Assembly: GCF_037042905.1 (NCBI RefSeq)
Contig: NC_087246.1
Span: 16,988,001 to 17,052,000 of the forward strand
Length of the DNA: 64,000 bases
Direction: 5' to 3'
Source: Lytechinus pictus
Lineage: Eukaryota
Shown: positions 36,620-50,126 of the stretch, piece by piece
Position numbering within the stretch: position 1 is the stretch's first letter
How the letters are laid out: every line of letters starts with the position of its first letter
Program-made: the position numbers and the translations under genes
Notes under the pieces: generated by a model
The model's input: the letters and a program-made list of their open reading frames with translations, nothing else
Told to the model about the DNA's origin: nothing
Databases searched by the model: none

Positions 36620-39600
36620 GTGAGAATCTTCTCAAACTTTTATTTCGCTATGAATAATCAGGTGATAGTCATCTCACCCACATTTTCGCTTGCCATTCCA
36701 AAGACTCACTGGCGATCACTTATTTACTGTAACCGCATCTAAAGAATAGAAGAACATCCCCTCTTTCGTCAAATCAATGAACTTTACAGATCACTCGAAG
36801 AAAGTCCTAAAAACATTTCCTGATTTCCTGTATTTTCTTTATTTCTTCTTTATAATTAAAATTTGGTTGCCCTTTGCTTTGTAAATGCTGTTATATAATG
36901 CAGTATGGATAAAATTACTACTACTACTAAAATGCTACTTGCTAGTTATTATGGAGTGATGTACAATGTTATAAAAGAAATTCGACAAACAACTTATGAT
37001 CTCCAGGAGCAATTGCAAGCCATTTAAATTTAAGTTGATCACAATTTGGCCACTGGCTAAAACAAACCCATTTGATATAGGTCTTATACAAAATGGTTGA
37101 TCCACCTGTACCTGACTGTCTGATGCTGTTAAATTTTATTGCTTGAATTTATCTGCCCACAATGTTACATCGTTGTGTTATGTACAGACACTTTGTTCTG
37201 TATGGTTATGAATTGGTCTGATGCAGTTGTACAGCGTAAAAACAATTATTATCAAAGCTTGCATCTTAGATTAGATTGACCAATGCTTCTGCATTTTCTT
37301 CTGTAAAATGAATTTATTTTAATCAGTTCACACTCTGAATTTACAACGTGAAGAAAACAATAAAATCACTTCAAAAATGGAAAATTGGCAACTTTTGAAA
37401 TTCTGCCATTATCACTCATTTTTCCTTGTGTTATATCTCTATTTCTTTCTTTAAAAAGTATAGTGAAAGAAAAATGTTGCCAATTTGAAGAGTAGAAGTA
37501 GATTAATCCTAACGTAATGAAAGCTGTATACCTCTACAGAATGCCTGATATCATTGTTTTTTTTTTAATATTCCAGGTTGTGGTGCATCGTGTATATATC
37601 CATTACTTGGTGCTCAGTTGAACGGATGGAACTTCATTGCATCAGAGGTAGATGCCTTGGCTATTCATTATTCTAAGGAGAACATCACAAGTAATGGACT
37701 TCAGGATAAAATAACAGGTAATAATAGATCATTCATTTATCCTCTGATTGTCTGTTTTTTTTTTAAGGAGATCCAACTACCTAATCAAGTCTTTACTATG
37801 AGTGGAAAGGTGTCATATGTTACTCCCCCTGAGATAAAATTGCCCATTGAACATTTTCATAGAAAGCATCTCCCTTGATGGAAACAAGTTCCCTCAGTGT
37901 CTCCCTAGAGATCACCTTACCCAAAGGGCAACAAATTTATATTTGAACACAAATTCCAAATTGCCTTGGAAGTTTTCCAAGAACCATGGCTCCCCTCCCC
38001 ACCCCAATTCATCATTGGACAACATTTAAAACATACCACAGTGTTTTCATCATATAAAAGATTATAGAAATGTGACTTGTCTACCATGTGTTAGTATGGT
38101 TTCTTGGTTGCCCTGAAGATAGTCACATGTTGGATGGGAGGGGTTTCGATGTTCATTTAAGCAGATAAAACATCCTCATTGTTTCTGGGGTTTCCTTAAG
38201 ATACCTGTATCAATCAGTACATATGATTATGAAGATTTTTTGACTTTGTAATGTTGTCTGACATTACTTAAATCAGTGAAGTATTGCTTGAAAAGCTCTT
38301 GAAAATGCGGTCTTATGCTGACAAGCAACTATGTATGTAAGTCCTGAATCCAAACTGTAATTACAGGTGATATTTTTAACCTGATTTTTTATCATTAAGT
38401 CTGTCAAAATGTAGTCATAGCTGATTGTCAAGATGCCACAATGTCAACTTGACTATTTCTTTTGCTTCTACAGTTGTGGAGACATGTGAAGGCAGTATGT
38501 TTGAAGATGTATTGAACAGCGCCCCCTCCAGACAGCATCTCTACCACTTCACGATGTGCAACCCACCCTTCTTTGGCAATTCTCTGGAAGCGCAAGGAAT
38601 TATGACATCTCGCAGCATGAGTCGACCTGAGCCCAAGTCAGTGAGCACTGCTGCCGAACTGGAGATGATCTCGGAAGGAGGGGAGGTAGAATTTGTCCGT
38701 AGGATGATCGAAGAGAGTCTTCGTCTTAGGCATCAAGTTGTGTAAGTCACCAAGTGTGCTTTCAAATTAGAGTAAAAGGATGTGTATTAAGACTATCCCA
38801 GGAGACAAGAAAAACAATCTAATGAGCATGTCGTCTGTATGGATACATGTTGAGAATTTGAAAAATTAGTAAAGGGAAATAATATCTGTGGTCTTTATAG
38901 ACAGATGGTTCTTGTTTACAGGTTTGACTGAACATGCAATTGATGCAACTGATCTAGATCTATGTCTGTCATCATTGTTGGTCATGACTGTTGATCTTGT
39001 ATTTTTTTGCATTGTGCAGCAGTGTATCAGCACATCATAAAATAAAATGATACATGGTGAAAAGGGCAACTTGAGTATATTTTTTTCTAATATCCAATGT
39101 GGGACTTTTGTTATTTTTCATCATTCATATACTTATATAAATAGTTGTATTTCAAACATTACATTTTCACTTTATCTGCTGAATTCAACATGTTTTTGAG
39201 ATTTTCAAAATTCCTTCATGATCTCTCAATCCATATATAGCTAATAACCCTTTATACATTATGAATTTTAAAGGGAAAACTTAGTTCCATCAAAACATAC
39301 TCAATTATTTCAGTTAGTTACAGTTAATATTTCACAGAATACATTAGTTTGAATGGGTATGAAATAATAATGATATATGATGTCTCTTGTTTCTTTTTCA
39401 TTAGGTGGTACACATCGATGCTGGGGAAAAAATCCAGCCTGGCTCTTGTCAGAGAGGAGCTTAGAAAACACAAGGTGAGATTGTTTCTATGATATACACA
39501 TTTTGATTAATTGGTAAGCAATCCTTCAATGGGCCATTTCATAAAGATGTTAGTGATGCCATACATGTTTTTACTCCAGACTAAAGTCTTTAAGTGCTAA

Positions 39601-42600
39601 AGAGGCACTTTGAATAAGAGAAGGGGATAGAAGGAGGAAGAGGAGGATGAATAGGTAGATAGGCCTATACTAGGAAAAGAATCAGAAACATAAATTAGAC
39701 CAGTGGGAGGAGAAAGAGGAGTAGTAGAATAAGGGGGAGGGGAAGAGATGGACTCAAAGGAGGAGGATGGGAAGCCAATGTCCATTCCATTCTTATGTTG
39801 AAATAGAGCTGATTCCGAAGTTCATTTATCAGCTCCTGTTTGCCTTGTTACAAAGATTAATAATTAAACTTGAAAATTAAATACTTTCCTGAGCAAAAGG
39901 ACATATAAATGATTTTCAATTTTCATTCCCTCCTACAGGTCCAGAATGTGACACATACTGAGTTTTGCCAGGGTAGAACAATGCGCTGGGGTATTGCATG
40001 GACATTCAAGGAGGATATTCAATCACCGGTAAGACAAGTCAATTTGACAAAACCATACTTTCATATATACAAGTTTATCTTTTTTATTAAGTAATATTTG
40101 GCCAGGAAGAACCATGTTTATTTCATTTGAATATTCCATTTATCTCATACGTATTTTAGACATTGAATGTGTAGATTACAGAAGTATTTAGGGTTTTCAC
40201 TTTGTTATTTCCTTAATAAAAGGAATTAGATATTTATGATTTTATTATATTGCTTAATTGGCATGGCTATACAACTTTACATATTTTAAAATTTGAGAAA
40301 GACAGACATATTTTCATCATTTAAAAAAATAATTTGGTGATCAAAAGTATGAAAAAGTGCAAAATAAATAAGTAGATAAAATGGATATTGGACAATCTGA
40401 AAAGTTAGACCAAGTTATTGATAGACCCTCCCCTTTACTTGTTCTCTCTGAAAGAACCTTTGGGGGCTTGGGGCATCATAAAACGTAGGGTGATTTCTAT
40501 CCAATTTATATCAAAATATTATTTTCTTGAAAGCTATTCTTTAATTGAAGCCGATGAACATTTCAATTTTACGCATGAGCTGACTCTAAAGCACATATTT
40601 CTTTAAAAGAAATGATAACATACAATTCTTGTTGTACCCTATAGCTTCCAGCATGCAAGATGCGGAAAGCTGTCGAGAAGAATACCCCTTTCACTGTCCC
40701 AGTCCCAGATACTTACATCCAGCAGGTGTTGGAGCCTGGATTGAGTGGAGGGTTGCAGAACAAGATCCAGGCTGTGGTCAAGGCTGTACATACCATGATG
40801 CAGAAATTAGAGGTATGGTGTTCGTAGTGTACAAATTTAAATGAAATATGTGTATTCCCTGTGTGTTCACAGTGTGTTTACAGTGTGTTTAGTGTATTCA
40901 CAGTTTGTTCACAGTTTGTTCACAGTGTATTCACAGTATGTTCACAGTGTGTTCATAGGGTGTTCACAGTGTGTTCAGTGTATTCACACTGTGTTCACAC
41001 TGTGTTCATAGGGTGTTCACAGTGTGTTCAGTGTATTCACAGTTTGTTCACATTGTATTCACAGTGTGTTCATAGGGTGTTCACAGTGTGTTCATAGTGT
41101 ATTCACAGTGTGTTCATATTGTGTTCACAGTTTTGAACACAATAGGAAATCATCTTCACACTGACCAAATGCTCACATTCTAATATTGTGAATCTCATAT
41201 TCACATCGTCCACTATGTGACCACACTGAACATTCACGCTGAGGTGTCCACATTGTGAAATTATCTTTAGATTTGAGCATTTTAACATTGTGAATCACAT
41301 CTTTACATAGACCACTGTGTGATGTGAACACACTGTGTCCATACTGTGTGACACTGACCTTTCTAGCAGGTTTGCCTTTTGTCTCTCATTTAGTATAATT
41401 TGTTAGCCCAAGAAAGACAGGATGCTAGGAGTGTGAAATACTGTTTATATTAACACTGTTTGTACATTAACTCCTTAAAAAATGGAAATCTTGAGTTTGG
41501 CCGATAATTTCGCCATCTCTCAGTTCAAATCAATATATGCTTGATATATTTAAAAAGATTATTCACTTTCCTTTGGAATGACACCCTACTCCTAATATAT
41601 GTATTTGGAGATTTAGCTAATCTTTTGACGGTATAAATTACACACCAATTATTAGGGAGAAATGATCAATCAATGTCATATTTCCAAACATTTTTATTAT
41701 AGGGGTTCTCGAAGAATTGTCATGTAGATGAGAATAGTCTTCTATTGAAGGTTTTATGTCTGCTTTTTTTTTTTTATAGATGTCTGTAAATAAGAAGCCC
41801 TCATCAAAATGGTGTGCCAAGTTTGTTTTGACTGCCTTGAGGAACACATGGTCGCATCAACGCAGGAAACGACGCAGAGAGAAACTTGATCAGTTGAAAT
41901 CAACAGTCTCTCATACGCTAGCTAGAAGGCCTTCACAGGAAGAATCATCAACAGCATTGTCACAATCAAAATCAGTAGTCCCCTCATCTTCCAGGATCAT
42001 GGTAGGAGAGAAAGCAAGACTTTGTCATGATGGACCAGACCTTCCCTTATCAACATCATCTAAAGCTGATGAAGGTTTCCAGGATGGTGAGGAAGGTACA
42101 AGGAAAAGGTCCATTTTCCCAGGTACGGACCAACCACGTCCTTCGCCTCCAAGAACAATAATCACTGCTGCTTCTGAGGATGGCATGGTATTAAAGAAGG
42201 CCAGGCTGGATCTTTCTTGTTCCCCAGGAGATCTAGGCATACCAACTTGTTTTATGAAACTCCAAACTCCTGTAGCAATTACCAACATCTCAAAGGCATC
42301 ATGTAAGAGGAGTATAGAATCCATAGATTCATCGTCACCTGAGGACACCATTGCTATGGAAGGTCATGATTGTGCGAAAGGATGTAATAAAGGTGCCATC
42401 GGAGTTTCTGCGTCATCTCCAGGAAAGAATACAGACCTAGGGCCCAACATTGCCATTGAAAGGCTTGGATGTGTCAGTAAATCTCCATCATCTCAAGGAA
42501 AGATGATAGACCATGACCCCAATACTGCATCAAGGGACCCTACAAAAGCAAGGGAAATGATGGCAGATGGGTCCAGAGTCAAAGACCTGTCATCATCATC

Positions 42601-42757
42601 ATCGGATGAAGCGGAAGATTGCTATCCACTGGACATAAACCTTGATATTAAACTCTGTGATAGAAGGACCATTGTGTTTGTTGCAAGTGTAACAGACTCT
42701 TCTAAAAGGAATCTTCTTCACCAAGTTGTCCAGTACATCAAGAATCAAATGAAGTAA
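36295..42757 (+). CDS. METTL16: METTL16 U6 snRNA / mRNA m6A methyltransferase; complete spliced CDS, 2040 nt, 679 aa
   Basis: Join of 36295-36619, 37577-37717, 38474-38741, 39405-39474, 39939-40028, 40645-40812 and 41780-42757. Contains the MHPRNRY start motif, SAM-binding IDIGCGASCIYPLLG, catalytic NPPF, WYTSMLGKK, EFCQGRTMRWGIAW and an Arg-rich VCR-like segment. Confidence 0.96.
37577..37717 (+). CDS. METTL16: METTL16 coding exon 2
   Basis: GCGASCIYPLLGAQLNGWNFIASEVD...; ttccag| and |GTAATA. Confidence 0.95.
38474..38741 (+). CDS. METTL16: METTL16 coding exon 3 (NPPF catalytic motif)
   Basis: FTMCNPPFF...EGGEVEFVRRMIEESL; ctacag| and |GTAAGT. Confidence 0.95.
39405..39474 (+). CDS. METTL16: METTL16 coding exon 4
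   Basis: WYTSMLGKKSSLALVREELRKHK; cattag| and |GTGAGA. Confidence 0.95.
39939..40028 (+). CDS. METTL16: METTL16 coding exon 5
   Basis: VQNVTHTEFCQGRTMRWGIAWTFKEDIQSP; ctacag| and |GTAAGA. Confidence 0.95.
40645..40812 (+). CDS. METTL16: METTL16 coding exon 6 (start of VCR1-like region)
   Basis: LPACKMRKAVEKNTPFTVPV...HTMMQKLE; ctatag| and |GTATGG; phase 0-0 and open. Confidence 0.85.
40857..41140. repeat. Degenerate short tandem repeat (GTGTTCACA-like, 9-11 bp units)
   Basis: gtgtgttcacagtgtgtttacagtgtgtt... in METTL16 intron. Confidence 0.88.
41780..42757 (+). CDS. METTL16: METTL16 last coding exon (Arg-rich VCR1 end, long linker, VCR2-like C terminus)
   Basis: poly-T tract then atag|; NTWSHQRRKRRREKL...RNLLHQVVQYIKNQMK then TAA. 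Confidence 0.92.
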   Translation: MSVNKKPSSKWCAKFVLTALRNTWSHQRRKRRREKLDQLKSTVSHTLARRPSQEESSTALSQSKSVVPSSSRIMVGEKARLCHDGPDLPLSTSSKADEGFQDGEEGTRKRSIFPGTDQPRPSPPRTIITAASEDGMVLKKARLDLSCSPGDLGIPTCFMKLQTPVAITNISKASCKRSIESIDSSSPEDTIAMEGHDCAKGCNKGAIGVSASSPGKNTDLGPNIAIERLGCVSKSPSSQGKMIDHDPNTASRDPTKAREMMADGSRVKDLSSSSSDEAEDCYPLDINLDIKLCDRRTIVFVASVTDSSKRNLLHQVVQYIKNQMK

Positions 42758-44815
42758 AGCATTTCTATTTCTTGTCAAAGACTCAAAATAAGGGTTTTGT
42801 TGGAGATTGATATTTGTTTTCTATAAGAATGTTGTTTTATTCTGTGTTACCTCATACGAGATGTTGATATATATAGTACATCAAGTGAAATCAAACATAA
42901 CAATGAAGATGGAAACGTGATCAAATATAAAATATTTCACCACAATAAGAAAGAAAAATTCATTGGAATTGTAAAGTTTGGGTTTGTCATGAAAACAATA
43001 AATAATATTCATCTTGGCTACATGCAATGAGTGAGTTGATAATGTAATGGGCAATGGCAAATCTAGGGAGCAAGAAGGACACTTGCGATAGGTAGCACAT
43101 TAAGTGGGTGCAATAAAGGCGAAATTTAGAATTAAAAATAAATACATGTATAAGGAAAACAAAAGGATAAAAAGATGAAAATATAGGTAATAGTTTACTA
43201 TGATTATTAAACAAGGAAAGTACTTGCATGGAAATATTTTCATTTAAATTTGAAAGGAAAACCCCCAACTCTTTATCAAAGAGAAAAATAGGATTTCATC
43301 TCTAGAGTAAATGAATGGTGCACCTACAATGTAGATGTAAATGTAAGGTTTGAAATTTGTGAAATGTTAGATCACAAGTTTGAAAACTCATGAATTAGTT
43401 TTTGAGAAATTTTTTTTTTCAAACCTTGACTAAACCATGGCTCATTTTTTTATTTCTTTCATAATTTTAGCCAACTTTGCATTTACTTTATATTTCATAG
43501 TTTGTCATCATTATCATAAATTATAGCAGTGTAGTGCGCAAGACCACTTCAGTAATTACGGTAGTTCAAATATTTTCTGAGTTTCTAGCGATGATCTCTT
43601 CCACTGATTCAACTTATACTTGCTTTGTCCATCAATAGAAGTCACAGATTGACAAACTTTTTTGTAAGGTAGTACAAGGTAGTACATGTACAGCATGTTT
43701 GAGTATTGAGTAGAATGTTTAACCAATGAAAGTGATCTATAATCAAATGCAGGTTACTTTTACTGTCATTGTCAAGATCAGACACAATGTTTTATGGTAC
43801 ATTGTGTATGCGCTGCATTTATGTATGAATATTTCAAATATCAGTTATCAGTCTATTGTAAAAAACAATCTCTCTTTTTTTTTTAAATGTTCATTGTGCA
43901 TGTACTTCTGATTTTAGTTTAATTTATTATCTGAACTGATTTATTTATATCAATTATGGGCTATCAAATTTATTCCCAAGATGGAAATGAGATTGTTTTT
44001 CATCTTTGAAACCTTTTCCACAAGGAAGATTCATCATCCACCCTTACCCCTGGATAATCTTTAGACTAGAGGGTGTTAATGAAATTATTATAAGAAAGTA
44101 GAAAAAAAGTGAAAATTTTGAGACAAATTGGACCAGGAAGGGAAAAAGTTTCATAAGTAAAATCACTACAACTATGTAAACATCTGAAAAGTGGCAGGGA
44201 CAACTTGCTCATTATCAGGAATTAATGGCCTACCGGGTACTCAGAAGTATATTTTCATTGGACTGTAATAAAAAATAAAAAAATACCCTTATCCATCTGA
44301 TTTTGTTCAAACTTTCACATTTCTCAGATTTAAAACCGCTTTTCATTTGAGTTGATTCCCATGTAACTATATAGGAGCAAACCACTGCTTTAACACACAA
44401 GAATACAGAAATATTCAAAATGTCAGGCCTTCACAATCAAAATTTATTGCAAACCTTTTAATAAACATCAAAATCATAATTCTATTCACATAAAACATCC
44501 ATTCTGCTCAGTAGTATTAGACAACCATAATCATCCTACATATTCAAATTATAGAGAATAAGCAATTTTAACAGAAGACATGTATAATGGTTAACCAATT
44601 GATTTATGGTATGCTGATTCAATACTGTTATAAATGCATGGATGTATACAAGATAATTTCCAATTTTTTTTTACTCCACATTAAAGGCCAATTACACTTT
44701 CACAGATTCATACCCTCATTTAAACTTTTTTATACCGAGGGATTGGACTTACTTTTCATTTTAAGAATGAAATAAGGAAGTGTGCAAAAATTTACATTCG
44801 ATTACAATCTCTTAC

Positions 44816-45022
44816 GGGGTGTTGCAGGAAACATGCAATTGATTGCATGACAGTTTTAGGTCCTAAAATCAATTGAAAAATTATGCATTTCATAGTAAAA
44901 ATTTGTGATTGATTGATGATCTGATTCTTGTATCAGAAAGGGTAAATTGATTTGCTTAGTTAAAATTGATCAAATCACTTGTAAATTTGCTATTGATTGC
45001 AAATATTTCCTTGCAACACCCC
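44816..45022. mobile_element. Harbinger-like MITE
   Basis: GGGGTGTTGCA / TGCAACACCCC termini. Confidence 0.7.
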
Positions 45023-48000
45023 TTTACTGTTACACCGAAGAGTTGACAAATGTAAAGGGGCCTATTCAGGCTTAACATATTGAGGAAGTTTGATCCTCTG
45101 GTTGTTATTAACGTAGGAAGTTCCCCAAAAGGTTTTTATACTCAGACTGTTTTACCAAGGGAATGCTTCATGGAATAAATAGTGAGCAATTTTCACAGAT
45201 TGCTTGTAGGAAGCTCTTGAGATCCTTAATTTGTCAGTGAATATTACTGAAAAGATGTTTCTTAAAACATTTTAAATTGTCTACTGAAACCAAGTGTAGA
45301 AAGCCTATAAAGAGTAGCAGAATTCAGTTGTCAACGAATTGTCTAGCATGCAGTTAGCAGACAAAGGAGTTGTGAGTCAGCTTAAATTTTAGTGCCCAAG
45401 GTAGAATTTATATCATCAAAAAATCAGAAATCTGATGAAAAATGAAAAGATTGTTAAAAAAGGGAGTCTTATGGATAAACTGCTTTCTCCACATTAGAGC
45501 CAGAACTTGACAAAATGTTCATTTTCAATTGCAGAGCATATGTAAAAAGTTTTTAAGATATAACATAAGATTAGCCATTAGAAATTATTCTTTTAATATC
45601 TGTTAGGTGTACAAAGGATTGAAATACCTTAAAATTTGACAATAATTACTCAAATATCAGATAATAAAATTTTTATTAATTTTCTGAAAAGTACAATCAC
45701 ATTCATTAACAAAGTGTACATCTGTGAAATTTACTATCCCTATAATAATGTATAACTCGTTTGTTGTTCACCACACTGCTCATAACCCAGCAGCTAAATA
45801 AACATTTCCTCATAAATATATGAATGCTCAATTTCAATTTCACAATAACAATTTCGGGATACATTTATTTTCCTAAAATTTACATCTTTAATGCTATCAA
45901 ATTGAATTCAACTTTGCTCTGCTAAATCATCCAAATTTATATTTACTGTCATTAGTTGATTCTTCACCTGTAATTTAAAGAAGACAATACACATGTACTG
46001 CTATTCGAATATCATTAGTGACATAATACATATTAATTTCCCTCCTTTCTTCACTTAATACCAGGTGTTACAGATGAATCGATGTATGATCCTCTAACAC
46101 AAGCTAAAACTGGAGGGAGTATTTTTGTGAAAAACTGACAATAAGTGACAATCTATCTGACATTTTCAGACTGTTCTAGAGGAAGAAGAAAGTTGTTAGT
46201 GCAAGCTTAATATTTGTCTCGCGTATCAAGATTTTTTTTTTTTTATGTCATGAGTGAGCTTAATGAATATTGAAGAGAATAGAAATTCATTTGAAGAATG
46301 TAGTACAGAGTACTTCTTGCACATCATGTAAATGGCATATTGAATATTACACTATGCCTAGTTGCCGACTTAATTAATGGCAAGCAACATTTGGTCCCAA
46401 TTTTGAAAGGAAATCCAACATTGTTCATCGAGTGTGACAGCAGTTTTAAGTAAAAATTAAACAAAAATACCAAATCTGCATTACGATGTCTCAGTATTTT
46501 AACATATCCAATTTAGTTATCTCCCTTTATGTGTCATTCATGTCTATGCGAGACAGGAAACAATCACCTCGCTATTACATTTCTATTACATAATCAAATG
46601 AAAGGACACTCACTCACTCTATATGAGGTGGAAAGAAAAACAAAAACTTGAATAATGATGAACATCTTGCAAACAGTTCAAACAAAATAACACATAACAG
46701 AAATAGAAAAAATGATAAAAGATATGTGATAATGATGACAACTTTAATCAGCTTCAAACATACATCAATACCAATTAACGGGACTAGATGCATCACCAAA
46801 ATACAATAGAGATTAGAAAGATTATCTTGGTGGACATATTCAATATATTCTAGTCAAATATTCTTTCAATACATTACAACTGAAGCAATACTTTTGATAG
46901 CCTAGTGGATGTTCCACAAAGATAAATTCAAGTTAAACAAAAAATCACACCGAGGTGCACTTTTGCATATGTAATAGCAGGCTGCAACTCCTCATGACAG
47001 TACGGAAACAATGATAAAACCTCCATCGCAAAGGGCCAAGATTGACCCCTCCCCCCGTTCCTTCAGTTACTAGGTACTAGTAATTAGTTGTCCATCACAG
47101 AATATGAATATTAGATACGTCTATTTTCTGCACATTTAAGTTCATGAATAATGCCAAAGTTTGAAATTTTGCATAAATATTGGTCACATATTTGATTCTA
47201 TAATGCACATTAAGTTCAAATAATGTTAGAGATCCCATTTTGTTAAATATATTGCCCATACACATAGTGTGAGAGAAAAGAGGATAATCAACCAAGGATT
47301 AAATCCCAAAATATTAAAAAATTCTTGATGCTGAACCCCGACAACAAAAAGTTTAATTTTGAAATCAAATTCAAATTAATGTAAGTAAAACCTTACTATA
47401 CACACATTTTATATCAGTCTACATCTGAAAGAATACAAAACATTTAAGATTATGGCAAATACATCACTTACAATCAAATTATTATTTTCATTTACTCTTG
47501 TAAAAACCTTACACACATCACTCATCAAAACAATACTCTCAAAGACAATCATATATTGATTAAAATTGGTTTCAACAATCTTTATCAAATAATGTAATTA
47601 TTACATAATGATTTCCACTGTGCCAAAATATACACTCTTACATACACATCCAAACATATTCAAAATACCAATACCAGTGTCGTATGATATGCACAAACAT
47701 GGATATATAATATATCTATAGGTATTTTAAAGTGGGTCCGTTTCTAGAAACTGTTTAAAGTGTAACCTCTTGGTGGTCACAGAGGATCATGTGCAAAACA
47801 ATGAACACGATTCATCGAGACACCCATGAACTCTGACCTTTTCAAGAAACGGCTGCCCTCAAGGATTTTGGTTTAATATGGAAGACTTGGGTGTACTCAC
47901 ACAATATTTATTGCTCTTACAATGGCAAGGAGCATTATATATCTCCCCTACATCAATAAACTAAAACTCAGAAATAAGAGGACACTACCAACAAAAAAGT

Positions 48001-49509
48001 ACACTGTATATCATATATTTCACAAATAACATGGATTTTGCTATGAAGTGAGATAGAAGTCTACACAAAACTTATTGGAATACAAAGCTAGTGTATCACA
48101 TTCTTGACAAAGCATTCAATTTCAGTAAGAGAAATTTTACCTCCTAATTTTACCAACTTTCAAATAAAAATTGATAGAGAACAAACAGAGAGATATTCCA
48201 CATATGCATTGATATTGGTTTAAATTGAAATGCTATAATGAATACAGAATCATGAGTTATCCATCACCACTACATGTGAATTAAACTATTATTCAACATG
48301 GATTAGCAAGACAAGAAAGAACGCTTACTAACTCCTTATCAATCAATGAACTTTTTAAATATAAATCTTGACTTGCTTTCTCAGAATACTAGACTCATTG
48401 ATCGGAATGGAGGTCGAAAAATCGGTATAATTCCGCCAAAATCGGAATGGTTGGCAGGTATGCAGTAGTGGGAGAGGTGGTGCTTAGAATATTCAACTAC
48501 TATGCCAGCTAGAATGAAAATGACTACCTAAAATACATTGATGTTATATCGTAAATTGAAGTTCCCATATTACAATATGAAGTTCCTATGAAGTCAGGTT
48601 ATTAACATAAAAAAAGTTAAAAGATTGAAATGTTGTTCAACATTGGATATTTTATTTAACTGCCAGGAGACATGATGGGTTGTTGTTTAGGAACTTCATA
48701 GTTTTTGTTTATTTTGTCATTTGTACTTTATGAATGGCTTTATATTGCAGCCTCCACTGGCTGGTTTGTTTCTAGCATTAATGCTTACTTGTGAAATTGG
48801 GTATTAGAAAACTTGAATCGTACACAATAAGGTTGACATAAGAAGTCACTCTTAATCCAATAAACCAAAATGATTTCATCCTACACAACAGGGGACAAGA
48901 ATTTGAAAATAAACAATTTACAGCAGAATTAATTGACAAAAATATTAAAGCACCATAATATAACCAAACTGAATTGACCATATACAAAACCAATACACAA
49001 GTCTGTTTCACTTTTATTTTTAAGTAAACATATTCAAATGTTAATGATAAGTTGATTGTGATCAACTGAATTAATTAAATATTAAATGGTTTCTGTTACA
49101 ATGTGACACTGCTAAAACAAATTAACTTCAAAATAATGATGTACAAGGCTTAACCAAACTAAAAAATCAACCAATAAGATTTATCAACTGTTGTTCTGAT
49201 TAAAACAACTAATCAAAATAAAAGTGCATGTTCAAAGATAGGGCATACAATAAGAATCTATTTGTTGTTGAAGTATCAATGATGAAAACAAAAATCAAAT
49301 AAATATGCTGATGGGAAGTGTTTTTTAAAATCAGAATTACACTGATTAATTTTTTGTTAAAAATCTAACCCTGATTGGTGTGTAATTGCAAATTGACCAC
49401 CATACAATGCATGTATAAACCTCTAAAAGTAAAATTTATATCTTGCATCTTAAGTTCTGCACACCTTCTCAACAAAAAAGTAACCTTCCACAAATATAAC
49501 ACGTACCTG

Positions 49510-49666
49510 GGGGGCATTTCATGAAATGACTTGTCGGACGTTTTGTCCGACAAGTCCCATTTTATCCGACAGTTACCATAGGAACAGTGCCTCTCAGCCA
49601 ATCAAAATCATGGAAAGGTGTCAGATCTGACAACTTGTCGGATGTAAATATTGATGAAACGCTCCC
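49510..49666. mobile_element. Harbinger-like MITE in the probable CLUH 3'UTR, same family as 29285-29422
   Basis: GGGGGCATTTCAT / ATGAAACGCTCCC termini; CTG TSD. Confidence 0.8.
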
Positions 49667-49963
49667 CTGAAAAATAATGTAATCAAGTGCAGTGAAATTT
49701 GTCAAAACATAATTGACAATCATTTTGTATAAACCACTTAGCAAAAACTTGGCCTCATCAGGCATAAAACAAAATTTTAATTTATGTGCAAGAAAATGTA
49801 ATTCTACATCATTCAAACCTTAATGAGGAATCTGAGGATAACAAAATTCATCACATATAAATTCAACATATCTGTAAAATACAGGTTTGTCTACATATAT
49901 GTATACTCTGATATAAACTATGACTATCTAGGAGTATCATAGACTCTAGGATCCCTCGTATTG

Positions 49964-50126
49964 TTATCTTGCCACTTCCTGAGGAGCAGGTGATGCGTCT
50001 GCTGGCTGGGACTCTGGGGGCGGGCTGGCGGGATCTTCCACTTTCTCGGTGGGGTTGGTCACTGTGACTTCTTCTTTGTTCTCAGGCTGCGCTTCTGTGA
50101 CAGTTGCTTTCTGAATACCTCTGATG
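49964..50126 (-). CDS. CLUH: CLUH last coding exon (acidic, Pro-rich tail)
   Basis: cccacag| acceptor in phase; [19 protein letters not shown]...APQEVAR then TAA. Confidence 0.82.

Noticed and set aside
40861-41097. Cys/Val/His-rich 78-aa ORF in a METTL16 intron
   Set aside because: Translation of a short tandem repeat
42025-42351. 108-aa minus-strand ORF
   Set aside because: Antisense shadow of the METTL16 last exon
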